This document shows positions 10,827-21,899 of a stretch of DNA of 64,000 bases, piece by piece. Origin of the DNA: Rhynchopus sp. YZ270_cl-10 (Eukaryota). The notes below the pieces were generated by a model. The model saw only the letters and a program-made list of their open reading frames with translations. It did no database searches and was not told the origin of the DNA. A program made the position numbers and the translations under genes. Every line of letters starts with the position of its first letter. Within the stretch, counting starts at the first letter, position 1. Where the stretch lies: NCBI GenBank assembly GCA_964035575.1, contig OZ037839.1:62001-126000 (forward strand). The letters are read 5' to 3'.

Positions 10827-11840
10827 TTAAGCCCTCGGATTGCCTGCCCACAGCACGAACCCTGCAACGATGGAGAGGTACGCTGGAGTGAAGGCCTTTT
10901 TGGCGTCCAGCTTGTACCCCAGGAAGCAGAGGGCAAAGGCGAGGCAGGAGCGGAGAACGCCTTCGAGAAGCGAGACTCTTGCTGTGGCCATGAGGGCTGC
11001 GTCTACGGCAACGGCGGCGGAGATGACGTAGAGTGCTGTGCTGTGCGGTGCGAGCGACTGCAAGATGGGGTCTCCTGTCTTCGTGAACCCGAGGGACCCT
11101 GGCTCTGCCTCAACACGTACCCATAGCGCGGCGCACGCAAGGAGAAGACACACGGCAGCACCACCCTGCGCCGCAAGCGTCAGCCACACCTTCATTTCCT
11201 TAGCATTCTTCCGCGCCGCCTTGTCGTCCTTTGGTCTGGGCTGCTCCTTCTTCTTCTGCTGTATCTTCTCCTCCACCTTCACATTGACCATGACCAACCC
11301 CTGCAGCTCCACCCCGTCTACACCTACCCGCACAAAGAGCTGCCCCTCCTCCAGCAGCGTGGAGACCTCGCTGGGGGCGTACCCTTCCGCGCTGCTTCCG
11401 TCGTTGTGGACGTGAAAGGCAACGTTGGTTGTCTCGAGGTGAACGCTGAAGAGCGTGGCGCTGGACGTACTGTGCAGGGTCGCAGAGAGGAGCTGCCCGC
11501 GGGAGCCACTCTCCGCTCCGTGAATGCACAGCATGTGTCCTGCGGGCTCGGGAAGAAGGTCCACGCCGGCACCATACTTCTGCTGTAAAGTGTTCACCGC
11601 CGCGTTGACATGCACGTAGCCACGGCTCGCCAGACCCCACGCGCTTGACTCTGCCACCGTCTCGGACAACACAGCACGTACCTCACTGCTTAGCACAGAG
11701 GGGCCACGAGACAGAAGTGTTTCGGCTTCGCTCCGCTTCTCAGACAGATATGCAACGTATGGACACCTGGCAGCGCAGAGTGGTGAGAAGAGCAGGAGCA
11801 GGAGCAGAAGGAGGGGGTGGGGGTGGGGTACGCTGTGCAT
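10827..11840 (-). CDS. Signal-peptide protein with a CHRD-like domain and C-terminal transmembrane helices
   Basis: 337 aa with a Leu-rich signal peptide. HMLCIHGAESGSRGQLL and LLEEGQLFVRVGVDGVELQGLV resemble CHRD motifs (AHIH..G..G; L..G.LYVNVH...GEIRGQ). Lys-rich linker, then about 4 hydrophobic segments. Confidence 0.65.
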   Translation of the reverse strand: MHSVPHPHPLLLLLLLLFSPLCAARCPYVAYLSEKRSEAETLLSRGPSVLSSEVRAVLSETVAESSAWGLASRGYVHVNAAVNTLQQKYGAGVDLLPEPAGHMLCIHGAESGSRGQLLSATLHSTSSATLFSVHLETTNVAFHVHNDGSSAEGYAPSEVSTLLEEGQLFVRVGVDGVELQGLVMVNVKVEEKIQQKKKEQPRPKDDKAARKNAKEMKVWLTLAAQGGAAVCLLLACAALWVRVEAEPGSLGFTKTGDPILQSLAPHSTALYVISAAVAVDAALMATARVSLLEGVLRSCLAFALCFLGYKLDAKKAFTPAYLSIVAGFVLWAGNPRA

Positions 11841-12006
11841 TGTGGAGCAGAGGGAAGAAGAGTAGAGGTGTTGCTCTGTGTTGTGGGTGTTGGTAGGTGG
11901 GGTAAGGATTTACACAAAAAGTGGGGGGTTAGTTTCGAGTACGGACGGTCCAAGAAAAAGGAAACCCCACACAAAAAAAGTTGACTTGAAATACAAATCC
12001 CTCTTG

Positions 12007-12068
12007 TGAACAGTGTACCTTTGGTACAATGACCGGCTGTACCGGGGTGGGAAACCCAACCATGCAGT
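12007..12068. repeat. Structured ~60-nt dispersed motif, copy 2
   Basis: Aligns with 1568-1630. Confidence 0.6.
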
Positions 12069-12354
12069 CTTGGTTTACATCTGATATGTGCTGCACCCGC
12101 TTCCACTCAGCAGCCAGATGAACGGAGATCACAGAGTAAGAGCCCTTGGCCTTGTGATGTAGGGTCCAGTTGTAAAAAAAAACATTGTACGATGCAAAAT
12201 AGTTGGGGTGTGGCGAGGGGGGAGACTCCGAGGGTGATAGGGATACGAATTATGAGTTGTTATGGGGAGATCCGGGTGCACCAACAACACTATTCACAAA
12301 AAAAAAAACACACAAAGGTGGATGTGATTCTTTTTAATTTTTTTTTTTTTTTGT

Positions 12355-12741
12355 TTTATTGTTCACTTTGTCAAAATCTCTTTGTTTTTCTCTTTGTCTA
12401 TTTTTCCTGCATTTTTTATTCTCTTCTTTGTACTTTCTTTTGTTTTGGTTGTTGTTAGATAAGCTCAATCGCCTATCGAGTTCTGTGAATAGCACGGAAC
12501 TCCTTTTCATGTGTATCCATGGAAATCAGTATCATATGTGATACCGGGGGAAAATTTTTGAAAAAAGGTGTCGTTTGAGAAAAACAAACAAACGGACGCG
12601 CTGTGTGAAAAACGAGTGTTTCTCTGCGCGTGATATTTTGTGGGGAAGAATAAAACATTATGAAAAAAGCTCGTTGCGTTCCCACTATCGTTTCCGCTGC
12701 GCTCTCACTAGCGTTCCCACTCCATTCGGTTTTCTCTTACT
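12355..12741. repeat. ~390-bp dispersed repeat, near-identical inverted copy at ~54577-54979
   Basis: Direct sequence match; the same spurious ORF translations (MFTLSKSLCF...) appear on opposite strands. Confidence 0.9.
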
Positions 12742-13045
12742 TATGATTTTTTGTGAATAGAATTGTTGGGGCACCCGGATATCCCCGTGTTATATAATAT
12801 TATATTGGAGTAAATATAGTCTAGAAAACAGGGAGAAAAACAGGGATGAAAAAGTGCAAACGCCTCTGTGGACGCAGGCACCCGGAAAGGGGAGGGAAAA
12901 GGATTTACACATACAATGTCGTCTCGAGCAAAAACAAAAGGAAACGTTGTAGGCCTCACGTTGCATACATATCGGAAAACAAACTGTTTTTGCATTAAAA
13001 AGATCGACAAAAAAAAGGGGGAAAAAGTACACAAGAGTTCATATC

Positions 13046-13585
13046 CAGGGGACATTAGTATGCCGGTGTGCCGGTGTGGCCACACCGGCTAAGCCGGTGT
13101 GGGATTTTGAGAAAAAAAAAAAAAAAAAGAAAAAGGCAGATTTTTGAATTTTTTTCTGAATTTTATCTCCTCATACAAGGCTACAACCACATCTGTAGCG
13201 GTTTCTTATGTGCATGTGACCCCACCACAAAGACCAATCGGTCCGTTCAATCAAAAGAAATAGATGTTTGCAACTCTCATAAAAAAGTAGCGTACCGTGC
13301 GCCTGCGGCGCAGCTAAAAATGACGAGCGGTAGCCCACAGCTCTACCCTAGGCCATAGTCACAGCTACCTTTACCATAGTTTGGCTATAAAAGCGTGCGA
13401 TTTTATGTCACAATTTTTGAAATGTTGCGTACCGTGGCTTCGCCAGAAAAGTTTTGATGCCATATGGTTAGACAAGGGCGCGGAGGGGAAAGAGTTGTGG
13501 AGGTCTCTGCCAAAAATGCGTGGGGAAAAAAAAATTGCCTCACACCGGCTTTTTTTTCAAAATCTCAAACTACCAATGTCCCCTG
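13046..13585. mobile_element. Non-autonomous hAT-type element (MITE)
   Basis: TIRs CAGGGGACATTAGTA / TACCAATGTCCCCTG (14/15). 8-bp TSD TTCATATC at 13038-13045 and 13586-13593. Subterminal GCCGGTGTG repeats. Confidence 0.9.
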
Positions 13586-14545
13586 TTCATATCGTTCAGA
13601 AGCAAAACAACATCTGGCTAAATGAACCTAAGCCTCCCACTTCGTTAAAAAATGGAGGGGGTTTTTTGGGGGATACAGTACAAAAAAAATCAAAATAGGG
13701 TGTTTTTTTGGGTACACATTACATTACAGTTACCTATATTACGCATGGTTACAATTTGAGATGATCCCTCCACAACCGTGAATAGAGTATATCCGATCAT
13801 CTCCTGCATGCGTCCTATGTTGGATATTTGTAATGTTAGAACCATGTAAACCCCTCCTCCTGTATGATATTTACATACGCGGATTATTAACATAAAATTT
13901 ATGTAACTATTATACGGGAGGGGGGTAGAGCATTGCCTTGCACTTTCTTTCGCTGAACAAATTCTTTTGCTTTTTTTTTTTGAAAAGTTGGAGTGACGTC
14001 AAAGTGGCGTAGTGGCCTACGGGACGTATGATACGAGACATATGAGCTCACACACATTGTTTGTGTAGGGATAGAGCTTCTTTTGTTACACCAAACTTAG
14101 TTGAAAACTACGAGGAAAAGCTTTGTTTTTTTTGATAAATTGTTGGAGTAGTATAGTTGCCTCGGTTGTCACATGTGCACGTTGTTCAGTTAAGATAAGC
14201 TCAGATAAGCTCCGCTGTATACAGTATTTCTTCGATAAATCTACATTAGCGCACATTTACCAAAAACACACACAAGATATGGGCATGGCAATCATCAGCT
14301 AGCACTATGTCCCTGCCTTACACCCATCGTTGGCTGTAGAGCTTTTTTGGGGACCTTCACATCATTGACACCTTGGGGGCCATATTCTGTGCAAGAATAA
14401 GCCCTCCTGAGGCCTCCTGCACCGGGTTTCTTTTTCTTCATCCACAGCGCACGAAACGTCATATCCCCCCCCCGAAGGAGACTGGTGAGGTGCTGTGTGT
14501 GGCATCCAGCAATCGCAACCCCGCGGTAAATCCGACTATTCCCCT

Positions 14546-15190
14546 TTAAGCTTCGATCTGTTGTGCTATCATCTGCTGCTTGGCTGGTGTGTGCGCAATC
14601 TGCGAGACAGCAAGCACATCAAGAGGCGTGCTTGCCTCGCCCAGACGCTCTAACAAGGGGAGGAGGTCGAGCAGCGCTGCGTCGCCTGCGTCGCGGAACC
14701 AGCTGCTGATGGGGATGTAGTTCTGCGGCTGCAGGACTGCGACGGCGGGCGAGTTGTCCACGATGCACACATTGTCCAACGGCACACCCATTGTGCTCAG
14801 ATCCTTGATGAACTGTCCCGACACTGTCGTGCACGACGTCCGATACATCCGTTTAATACCCGCCGTCTGCCCCCCCGCAAGCGCAACAAGCTTATCAATG
14901 ATCGGCTCAGCATAGTCCTGGATGCTTGCAGTCCAGATCACCACCTCAAACATTTCGCACGCCTTGCGCAGGAAGTACTCAACGTACGGCCGCTTGCGGA
15001 CGTACACAGAATAGCTCTGTCCAGACGTACAGATTGGCACCACAAAGTCCGCCGGAGTCGGCTGGAAGGAGCTGTGCAGCAACGTCTCGTCCATGTCCAG
15101 TACAAGAGTGTTCCTTTGGCGCCCCACAGAAGAGGCGCCACTACTCCATGTGGGTCCCATGCTGCTGTGGTGGGCAAGACCGCGGCACAT
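14546..15190 (-). CDS. CTD small phosphatase-like (SCP/FCP1/NIF family) phosphatase
   Basis: TLVLDMDETLLHSS (DxDxT), VYVRKRPYV..FL, FEVVIWTAS..YA, IKDLS, CIVDNSP, IPISSWF. Confidence 0.93.
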   Translation of the reverse strand: MCRGLAHHSSMGPTWSSGASSVGRQRNTLVLDMDETLLHSSFQPTPADFVVPICTSGQSYSVYVRKRPYVEYFLRKACEMFEVVIWTASIQDYAEPIIDKLVALAGGQTAGIKRMYRTSCTTVSGQFIKDLSTMGVPLDNVCIVDNSPAVAVLQPQNYIPISSWFRDAGDAALLDLLPLLERLGEASTPLDVLAVSQIAHTPAKQQMIAQQIEA

Positions 15191-15194
15191 TGTT

Positions 15195-15285
15195 AGAGAT
15201 GCGGAGGTGGTAGGCTGTGTTAGGGAACCTGGTTGTGTGGTGAGTTGGGTAGAGGAGGAGGAGGGGGAAGAGAGAAGGAGAGGGG
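15195..15285 (-). promoter_or_regulatory. Polypyrimidine tract + AG, putative trans-splice acceptor/5'UTR of the phosphatase gene
   Basis: Minus strand reads CCCCTCTCCTTCTCTCTTCCCCCTCCTCCTCCTC...CAACCAG...CACAG upstream of the ATG. Function inferred from euglenozoan gene architecture. An exact copy lies at ~34692-34773. Confidence 0.5.
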
Positions 15286-15309
15286 AGTGCCACCTTTTTT
15301 AATTTGTGC

Positions 15310-15655
15310 CCCGAAGTCCAAAATCCCAAATTCTTTTGTGTTGGAGTGCGTGAAGTCGAAGGTATTGATTCCTCTTGCTCGGACTGACCGCAAGAAGGGC
15401 GCAGTTTGCGTTTTTGACGTCCCGAAGAGTGACCCGCAACTGCGGAGGTTAGTGGTGGATGGACGTCCCGTTAACAAGAGGATCGCTCAAGCCACAGCCG
15501 TTCTCCCTGGTGAACCCTCACAAGCTTGCAACAATGCTTAAGGTGTCAAACGCACGCTTTGCCCAACAGACCGACCTCAAGGGGTATTTCCACCAATTCC
15601 CCCTCTCACCCGACCAGGTATTTTTGTGTGCAGGCTGGGGGACGTTGGTTTAGAT
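15310..15655 (+). pseudogene. Frameshifted reverse transcriptase fragment of a DIRS/VIPER-like retrotransposon
   Basis: VFDVPKSDPQLRRLVVDGRPVN, then in another frame AQQTDLKGYFHQFPL, then YFCVQAGGRWF: N-terminal RT motifs. Same family as 60100-60400. Confidence 0.8.
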
Positions 15656-16010
15656 GGGCGCGTGAATTTGGATTATTTGTGCGCGTTTTACGTACATACC
15701 AACGTGTATGTTGAAATGTGTTATTTTTTCAATTTTTTTGTGTTTGTGTCTACAGAGCAGAATGATGAAGGGCTGCACGAAACTAAACTGGCTATTGTGA
15801 AACTGGAAGAGGAGGTGACAGCGAAGTTTGCGGGCGTGCAAGAGGCCTGCGCTGAATGTACAACAGAGAGCCAGAACCAACCCACCAAGATCGGACGTAA
15901 GAGTAAAAGTCGCGAACACAAAAAGGAGAGGAAAATATTGTTTCTGATTCAAAGTGGTGTTTACGTTTTGGGCAGCTGTTCGATAAAAGAAACGCAAGCT
16001 TTTTTTTTTT

Positions 16011-16228
16011 AGTAAACACGTAGTATTTGACAAAATGCTCGAGACCCTCGTGAAAAGTCGCGCGTTCGGCGTATCCACCTCCCCGCTTGTTTTCCCCCTC
16101 TCTTTCCCCCCTGTGCTCCACAACATTTTCTGTACTTCAGGAAAAACACATTCAAACCGTAAATCTGCGTATTTACCGTTATCAAGTCGAGAAAAGAAAA
16201 GAGAAAAAAAAAAAAAAAAAAAAAAAAA
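16011..16228 (+). repeat. ~200-bp A-tailed dispersed repeat (SINE-like), second copy at ~20585-20788
   Basis: Near-identical AGTAAACACGTAGTATTTGAC...AGAAAAGAAAAGAG(A)n. Confidence 0.8.
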
Positions 16229-16483
16229 TGTTTAGGTGCTCGATGTTTAGGGGGTCGATATTGACAGGCCGCCGACACAGGGACTTTATAGACACCTCCC
16301 CTGATATTGACAGGCCGCCGACAGGACGTTGACCGACTTCCATACAAAATTAAACAGAGCACAAAACACTTTCAAAACATACAAAAAACATTTTCATACT
16401 CCCCTGATATTTGACAGGACGCTGACCGACTTTCAAAAAGCACCATGTTTCCTTTTTAGGATTCATCGGTCAAAATAACCTAC

Positions 16484-18200
16484 CGCACATCTGCCTACGA
16501 GCTTGCATCCGCCTACGAGCGCGCATCTGCCTACGAGCGTACATCCGCCTACGAGCGCACATCTGCCTACGAGCGTACATCCGCCTACGAGCGCGCATAT
16601 CGCCTACGAGCGTTACATTTCGCCTACGAGCGTACATCCGCCTACGAGCGCGTATTTCGCCTACGAGCGTACATCCGCCTACGAGCGAGAAAAATCATTG
16701 CTTTGACACGGTTGTTCCGATCGCCTACGAGCGTATACTTATCGGTCTGACCAACTCATTGTTTTGACACGGTTGCGCCGTTTCGCCTACGAGCGGGTAT
16801 GTATCAGTGTAACTAAACCAATTTAGCTTTGACCGGGTTTGCCCAAACCCACAAATCCGCCTGCAAGCGTACATCCGCCTACGAGCGTACACTTCGCCTA
16901 CGAGCGAGAAAAATCATCCTTTGACACGGTTGTTCCGATCGCCTACGAGCGTATACTTATCGGTCTGACCAACTCATTGTTTTGACACGGTCGCTCCGTT
17001 TCGCCTACGAGCGGGTATGTATCAGTGTAACTAAACTAATTGAGCTTTGACCGGGTTTGTCCAAACCCGCAAATCCGCCTGCGAGCGTTGTATTCTATCA
17101 TTTACACCACTCATTTTGCCTTGACCGGGTTGCTCCGACTTACTTTGTCGTTTACTAGCGAGTAATTCCCCAATTTACTAGCTCATTTCGCCTTGACCCG
17201 GGTGCTCCGACCCGCACATCCGCCTACGAGCGTTCATCCGCCTACGAGCGTTAAATTAATCGTCTAACTCACTTTGCCTTGACCGGGTTTTTGCTCTGAT
17301 CCACACATTCGCTTAATAACTAACTCATGTGCATTGACCCGGGTGCTCCGCCCCTCGCACCCGCCTGCGAGAGTATATTCTACCATTTACACCAACTCAT
17401 ATGCCTTGACCGGTTTGATCCGACTCACATTCGCTTACTAGCGAAAATTTATTCACTATTAACTCATTTGCCCTTACCCGGGTTCTCTAACCCGTTACAT
17501 CCGCCTACGAGCGTTCATCCGCCTACGAGGGTAAATTATTTGTTTTAACAAACTCACTTGCCTTGACCTTGACCGGTTGCTCCGCCCACACATTCGCTTT
17601 ATAGCGAGGATTCCTCAGGGTCCAAAACTCATGTGCATTGACCCGGGTGCTCCGCCCCTCGCACCCGCCTGCGAGAGTGTATTTACAATTTAAACCAACT
17701 CATGTGCCCTGACCGGTTTGCTCCGGCTCACATTTTCGCTCACTAGCGAAAACTTATCCATTCAACCAACTCATTCGCCTTTACCCGGGCGCTCAAACCT
17801 GTACATTCCGCCTAAAGAGCGTTGATTTGTCATTTACACCACTCATTTTGCCTTGACCGGTTTGCTCCGACTTACTTTCGTTTACTAGCGAGTAGCTCTC
17901 AAATTTACTATCTCATTTGCCTTGACCCGGGTGCTCCGACCCGTACATCCGCCCACGAGCGTTTCATCCGCCTACGAGCGGTTAATTAATCGTTTGAACT
18001 CACTTGCCTTGACCGGGTTTTTGATCCGACCCACACATTCGATTAATAGCGAGGATTCCTCAGAGTGTAATTATCATTTAAACCAAACCATTCCCTTTGG
18101 CCGGGTTGTTCCAACCCGCACACCCACTTGCGAGCAAAGCTCATCTGACTCATTTTGTCTTTGACTCGGCTGCTCAGACTCACACTCGCCGTCGACCGAG
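16484..18200. repeat. Hierarchical minisatellite built on CGCCTACGAGCG
   Basis: 18-bp units at ~16485-16690. A ~200-bp duplication (~16683-16870 vs ~16902-17088). Then degenerate ~60-bp units ACTCATTTGCCTTGACC(C)GGGTGCTCCGACCCGCACATCCGCCTACGAGCG with variable AT-rich linkers. Confidence 0.9.
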
Positions 18201-18312
18201 GCCCTTTAAGACTTATCGATTTAACGAACCTATTTGCTTCGACCAGCCATTAGAGTTTCACATAATACTCGCGCTCCTCAGCAAAGACGAAAGCAGTCCT
18301 GCCACGGTTGCC

Positions 18313-18719
18313 ACGTCCTGGGCTGGACGTTAAATTGCATCCGGGGGCCCTTTTGTGGCACTCCTCCTGAAACTCTATGAAGGTCTGACCTGAGGGTAAA
18401 AGGTGCTGGGTATGCTACCCTGGGTGCTGAAGGCAGGCACACAACATGTGTGGAGGGACCTGCAGAGCCCTAGCCAGTGAAGCCAAGGAGGCCCCCCTAG
18501 GAAACTAGGGAACGGATTGGAAGAGACCTCGCCGGTAGCCGGGAACCCTCCCTGGGCTAGTACAATGATGAAACTTCAATCTAAAGTCCACACCCATGTG
18601 GCGGCCGCTTTGGCATGCGTCTGTAAGGACAGCCTTGACTGATACTTTCTGTATTAGCACACGATTGCCTCCCTGAAGGCTACGTAGCTACCTGAGTACA
18701 AAAAAAAAAAAAAAAAAAA
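18313..18719 (+). mobile_element. A-tailed short element with a conserved structured 5' head
   Basis: Head GTCCTGGGCTGGAC.TTAAATTGCATCC...GAAACTCTATGAAGG is shared with 33120-33188(-) and 61891-61960(-). Poly(A) at ~18699-18719. Confidence 0.6.
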
Positions 18720-20400
18720 GCAGTCCGTGACAGCGCCACTGTGCTCCAATCCACTCTGCACATGCCACAGCAATACCGGCGCGGACATCCCATAAACGAG
18801 CGTCCGCGGAGGATATAAACACCTAACCACCACACTGCGACGCCGGCACACTGGCACACCCGTGCTGCGGAGATTACGTCAGGTCGCCGTCATACACAGA
18901 GACACCGTTTTTGCCCTGCGAGGAACAGCACTGCCACATGCGAACACCAAATCAGATGCGCCGTTTGACCTTGCGGAGCACCTCCAGGAAGCGCTGTCGA
19001 GAAAGCCATCCGTGCACGGCGGGTGGTGGCGTGTCTTGTGAGCAAACGCGCTGGCGGATACATCATCCGAAGAGGATACCGGAACCGGAGCTCAGGGATA
19101 TGACAGAACCCCTAAAGGCAATGACCGTCATCAGGAAGAAGGACGTCAAAATGAAGGGAATCCCGAACGCTACAGATTTGCTGATCGTTTTCCCCGAAGG
19201 ATTGGGAGGCAGGGCTGCGGAGGATAAGAAGAAGGCCCCGAAGGCTTCGGTGCTGGGTCTTGGTGTGTCGCAGAACCTATCCATGTCGCGAAACTCATCG
19301 GCACCGCCATACTCCACGTAGCACACTCTCCAGTCCTTCCTCAAACACATTTCTGGTTTAGGATGCGGGGTTTTGTCGCCTCTTTGTAACGGCTGCCCTG
19401 CGGGCGGCTACGCCCCGGTCTCGACACCCCTGCCGTACGTCAATAACACTGCTGTGAAGCTCACCTCTACTATCCATCCGGGAGCCTACAGGAAGGAGGT
19501 GAGAGCAAAAAGGTTTTAACCGCAGATAATGAAGCGATTCCTCGATTAAATGAATGCAAAGGGGGCAGAGGCTCCCGACGAGGTGCTCGTCGTGACTGGC
19601 CGCGAGACACCTTTCCGTGACACCAACCGTGCCGTTTCCGTACTGGCCAGCAGACGGGTTCTGAACAGCGCGCACCCCCTCTTCATCCCTGAGTCTGCAG
19701 ACACAACATTCATAGTCACAGATCCGGCGCCAAAACGACTGTAATACTTCCCCAAAAGACAGTTTGGTCCACCGTTTTCTCCAGTTATGACGCAACACTG
19801 AGCTCCCCACCGATCTATGTTATCTCAAAAAGAGTCTCCAGACATACTACTTCCATCGTCCCCTCCCGAAGGTGATTAATTCGGCTTTCTACATATGCCA
19901 CAACAATGTTTTTCAGTGCTGTGAAAACTTTACACGGTGTGATCTGTGCCGTATGAAAGCTCTGAAGTGGGTAGCGATAGCTTCGTCGTGGCATATTACA
20001 CTACCAACAGACGCCTCTGCTACTTAGCCACCTCTCTTTTTCTTCATAGCTGAACGTGCAGACTTCACTGTTACCGACATCCTCAACTGGGGCGTACCCA
20101 CACCGTTTCGTCCGTTGGCAAGAGCAGATACCGTTGAGAGAGTCGCACTGATGAATGTGAAAAACTGAATGTACCCACAGCCGAGTACGCCCCGTGCGCC
20201 CACGTGGTCGATGCATGCTCCCGAGAAGGGGAAATGATTCTATGAAGGTATCCCAAGGCATGTCTACAGCACTTGGGTACAAAACCACATCCTCCACAAA
20301 GAACTTTACGCTGCATACTAGGTTTTTGCTTTGACAGCGTCCCTGACATCCAATGTGAAACTACACCTGTTTGCGGACAACCTTCCCTGCTGTGAAGGAC
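18720..20400 (-). pseudogene. Highly decayed coding-like relic, possibly a DIRS/VIPER-type pol region
   Basis: Only weak fragments in mixed frames (ALGYLHRI, VVAYVES, TARLVSRKG), in RT-then-RNase H order. Confidence 0.25.
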
Positions 20401-20789
20401 GTAGTGCTACTGTGCGTGAACGATTGTGATAGGGCCTTCTAGTACCATCATGCGTCGCGCTGCGTCCCTTTCATGGTTAAAGGGTTGGAGTGGAAGCGAA
20501 CAACAAACAACCAAAATTTTTCCTCTTCCCCTTTTTATCCTTTTGAGCAACAAGCAAAGAGTAACGAGTCTCTCGAGCATTTTTAGTAAACACGTAGTAT
20601 TTGACAAAATGCTCGAGACCCTCGTGAAAAGTCGCGCGTTCGGCGTATCCACCTCCCCGCTTGCTTTCCCCCTCTCTTTCCCCCCTGTGCTCCACAACAT
20701 TTTCTGTACTTCAGGAAAAACACATTCAAACCGTAAATCTGCGTATTTACCGTTATCAAGTCGAGAAAAGAAAAGAGAAAAAAAAAACT

Positions 20790-20975
20790 ATTTATTCAAC
20801 GCCTTTTAGCGTGGTTTTTTTTTGCGATAACTTCACGCATTTTTTTCCCAGGCGAGTGGTAGTTAATTTGCCGAGCGAAGCGAGGCAAATTGAATCCACG
20901 AGCCTGGGAAAAAAATAAGTGAAGTATCGCAAAAAAATTCGCTAAAAGGCGTTGAATACGTAATTTTATTTCACG
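20790..20975. repeat. Long imperfect palindrome centred on GCCGAGCGAAGCGAGGC (transposon-terminus-like)
   Basis: TATTCAACGCCTTTTAGCG ... CGCTAAAAGGCGTTGAATA arms with inner TTTTTTCCCAGGC/GCCTGGGAAAAAA. Related to the motifs at 24180-24289. Confidence 0.8.
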
Positions 20976-21244
20976 TTAAATAAAGTATACGAAAGGATTT
21001 GGCACTTTTAGCGTGACTCATTTATTGTGCAATAACTAACGAGTATGTGTCCCTCCGGGTAGCCCTCATTACCCTCCTGCCAACGCTACCGGGAATCGTA
21101 CGTAGCCTACACCGCGTGTACGCATAGCGCGTAGCGTGTGGTCGGGTTCGAAAAGCTGCCTCAACGGTACACAAAGCTACATCCCGACCTCTTGCCACCC
21201 TCAGTGTCCCGACACCTCGGGTTCTAGCGGGAGGTCGGGAAATG

Positions 21245-21680
21245 GCTGTCGTGCAAGAGCGAGACATTCAGAAGATCCCCGCCCACCACAGAATATCATG
21301 CCAGCCACCACCTTCCTCACAATGAAGTAAAGGGGGTGGTGTGTCCTTCGCCTTCATAGGTAATGAAGGAGTCGATTTCTTGTTTCGTGAGTGCAGAGTG
21401 CGTTGGACTGTCGTGTCGGTAGCCGTCTGATGTTGCTTCAAGAGACACACGAGCCTCGGAAACTGGTCTGGTTGCACCCCATACTTGCTCGCCAATATGC
21501 TGTTCAGCTTACTGAACGCTGTCCATTACGACGACAATTTGCACGTGAGATCGTCACGGAGATACACTATGTACGAAACGAAGTCGGCTTCCGTGGGCAT
21601 ACCGTCAGGCTTGCCAATGAATTCCTTAAACAGCGGTCCCATTCACGGACGTACGGTGTCGACAATGCCAGTCCTTCAGC
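21245..21680 (-). pseudogene. Tyrosine recombinase relic (N-terminal SAM-like domain to first catalytic Arg)
   Basis: Manual translation across three frameshifts and one stop: YVREWDR/FKEFIGKPDGMPTEADFVSYIVYLRDDLTCKLSS*WTAFSKLNSILASKYG...FPRLVCLLK/SALTKQEIDSFITY/YFIVRKVVAGMIFCGGRGSSECLAL. Confidence 0.7.
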
Positions 21681-21899
21681 AAAACCACTGTGGTGCTTGT
21701 ACATCTCCTGTCGGAGGACCGTTTGCGTCTTACATCCTTCAGCATGTTGCATGTGTCAAAAAAAAAAATGGGAAAAGGGCAAAAAAAATTCGAAATTTTC
21801 AATTTTTAGGCGGGTGGTGGTGCAGGATGTGCCAAAATTTAGCGTGAAGTTATCGCCAAAAAAAACCCCTGTTTTAGCGTGAAAAAAACAAAAATAAAA

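Noticed and set aside
16484..18200. CRISPR array
   Set aside because: Repeats are degenerate, linkers are short and partly homologous to each other, there are no cas genes, and the context is eukaryotic.
18313..18392. Pistol, hammerhead or HDV ribozyme call for the structured head
   Set aside because: The 5-bp stem, 6-nt loop and TTAAAT resemble the pistol P1 region, but the GCG/P3/GU elements are missing. There is no CTGANGA core and no complete HDV nested pseudoknot. Kept only as an unclassified candidate.
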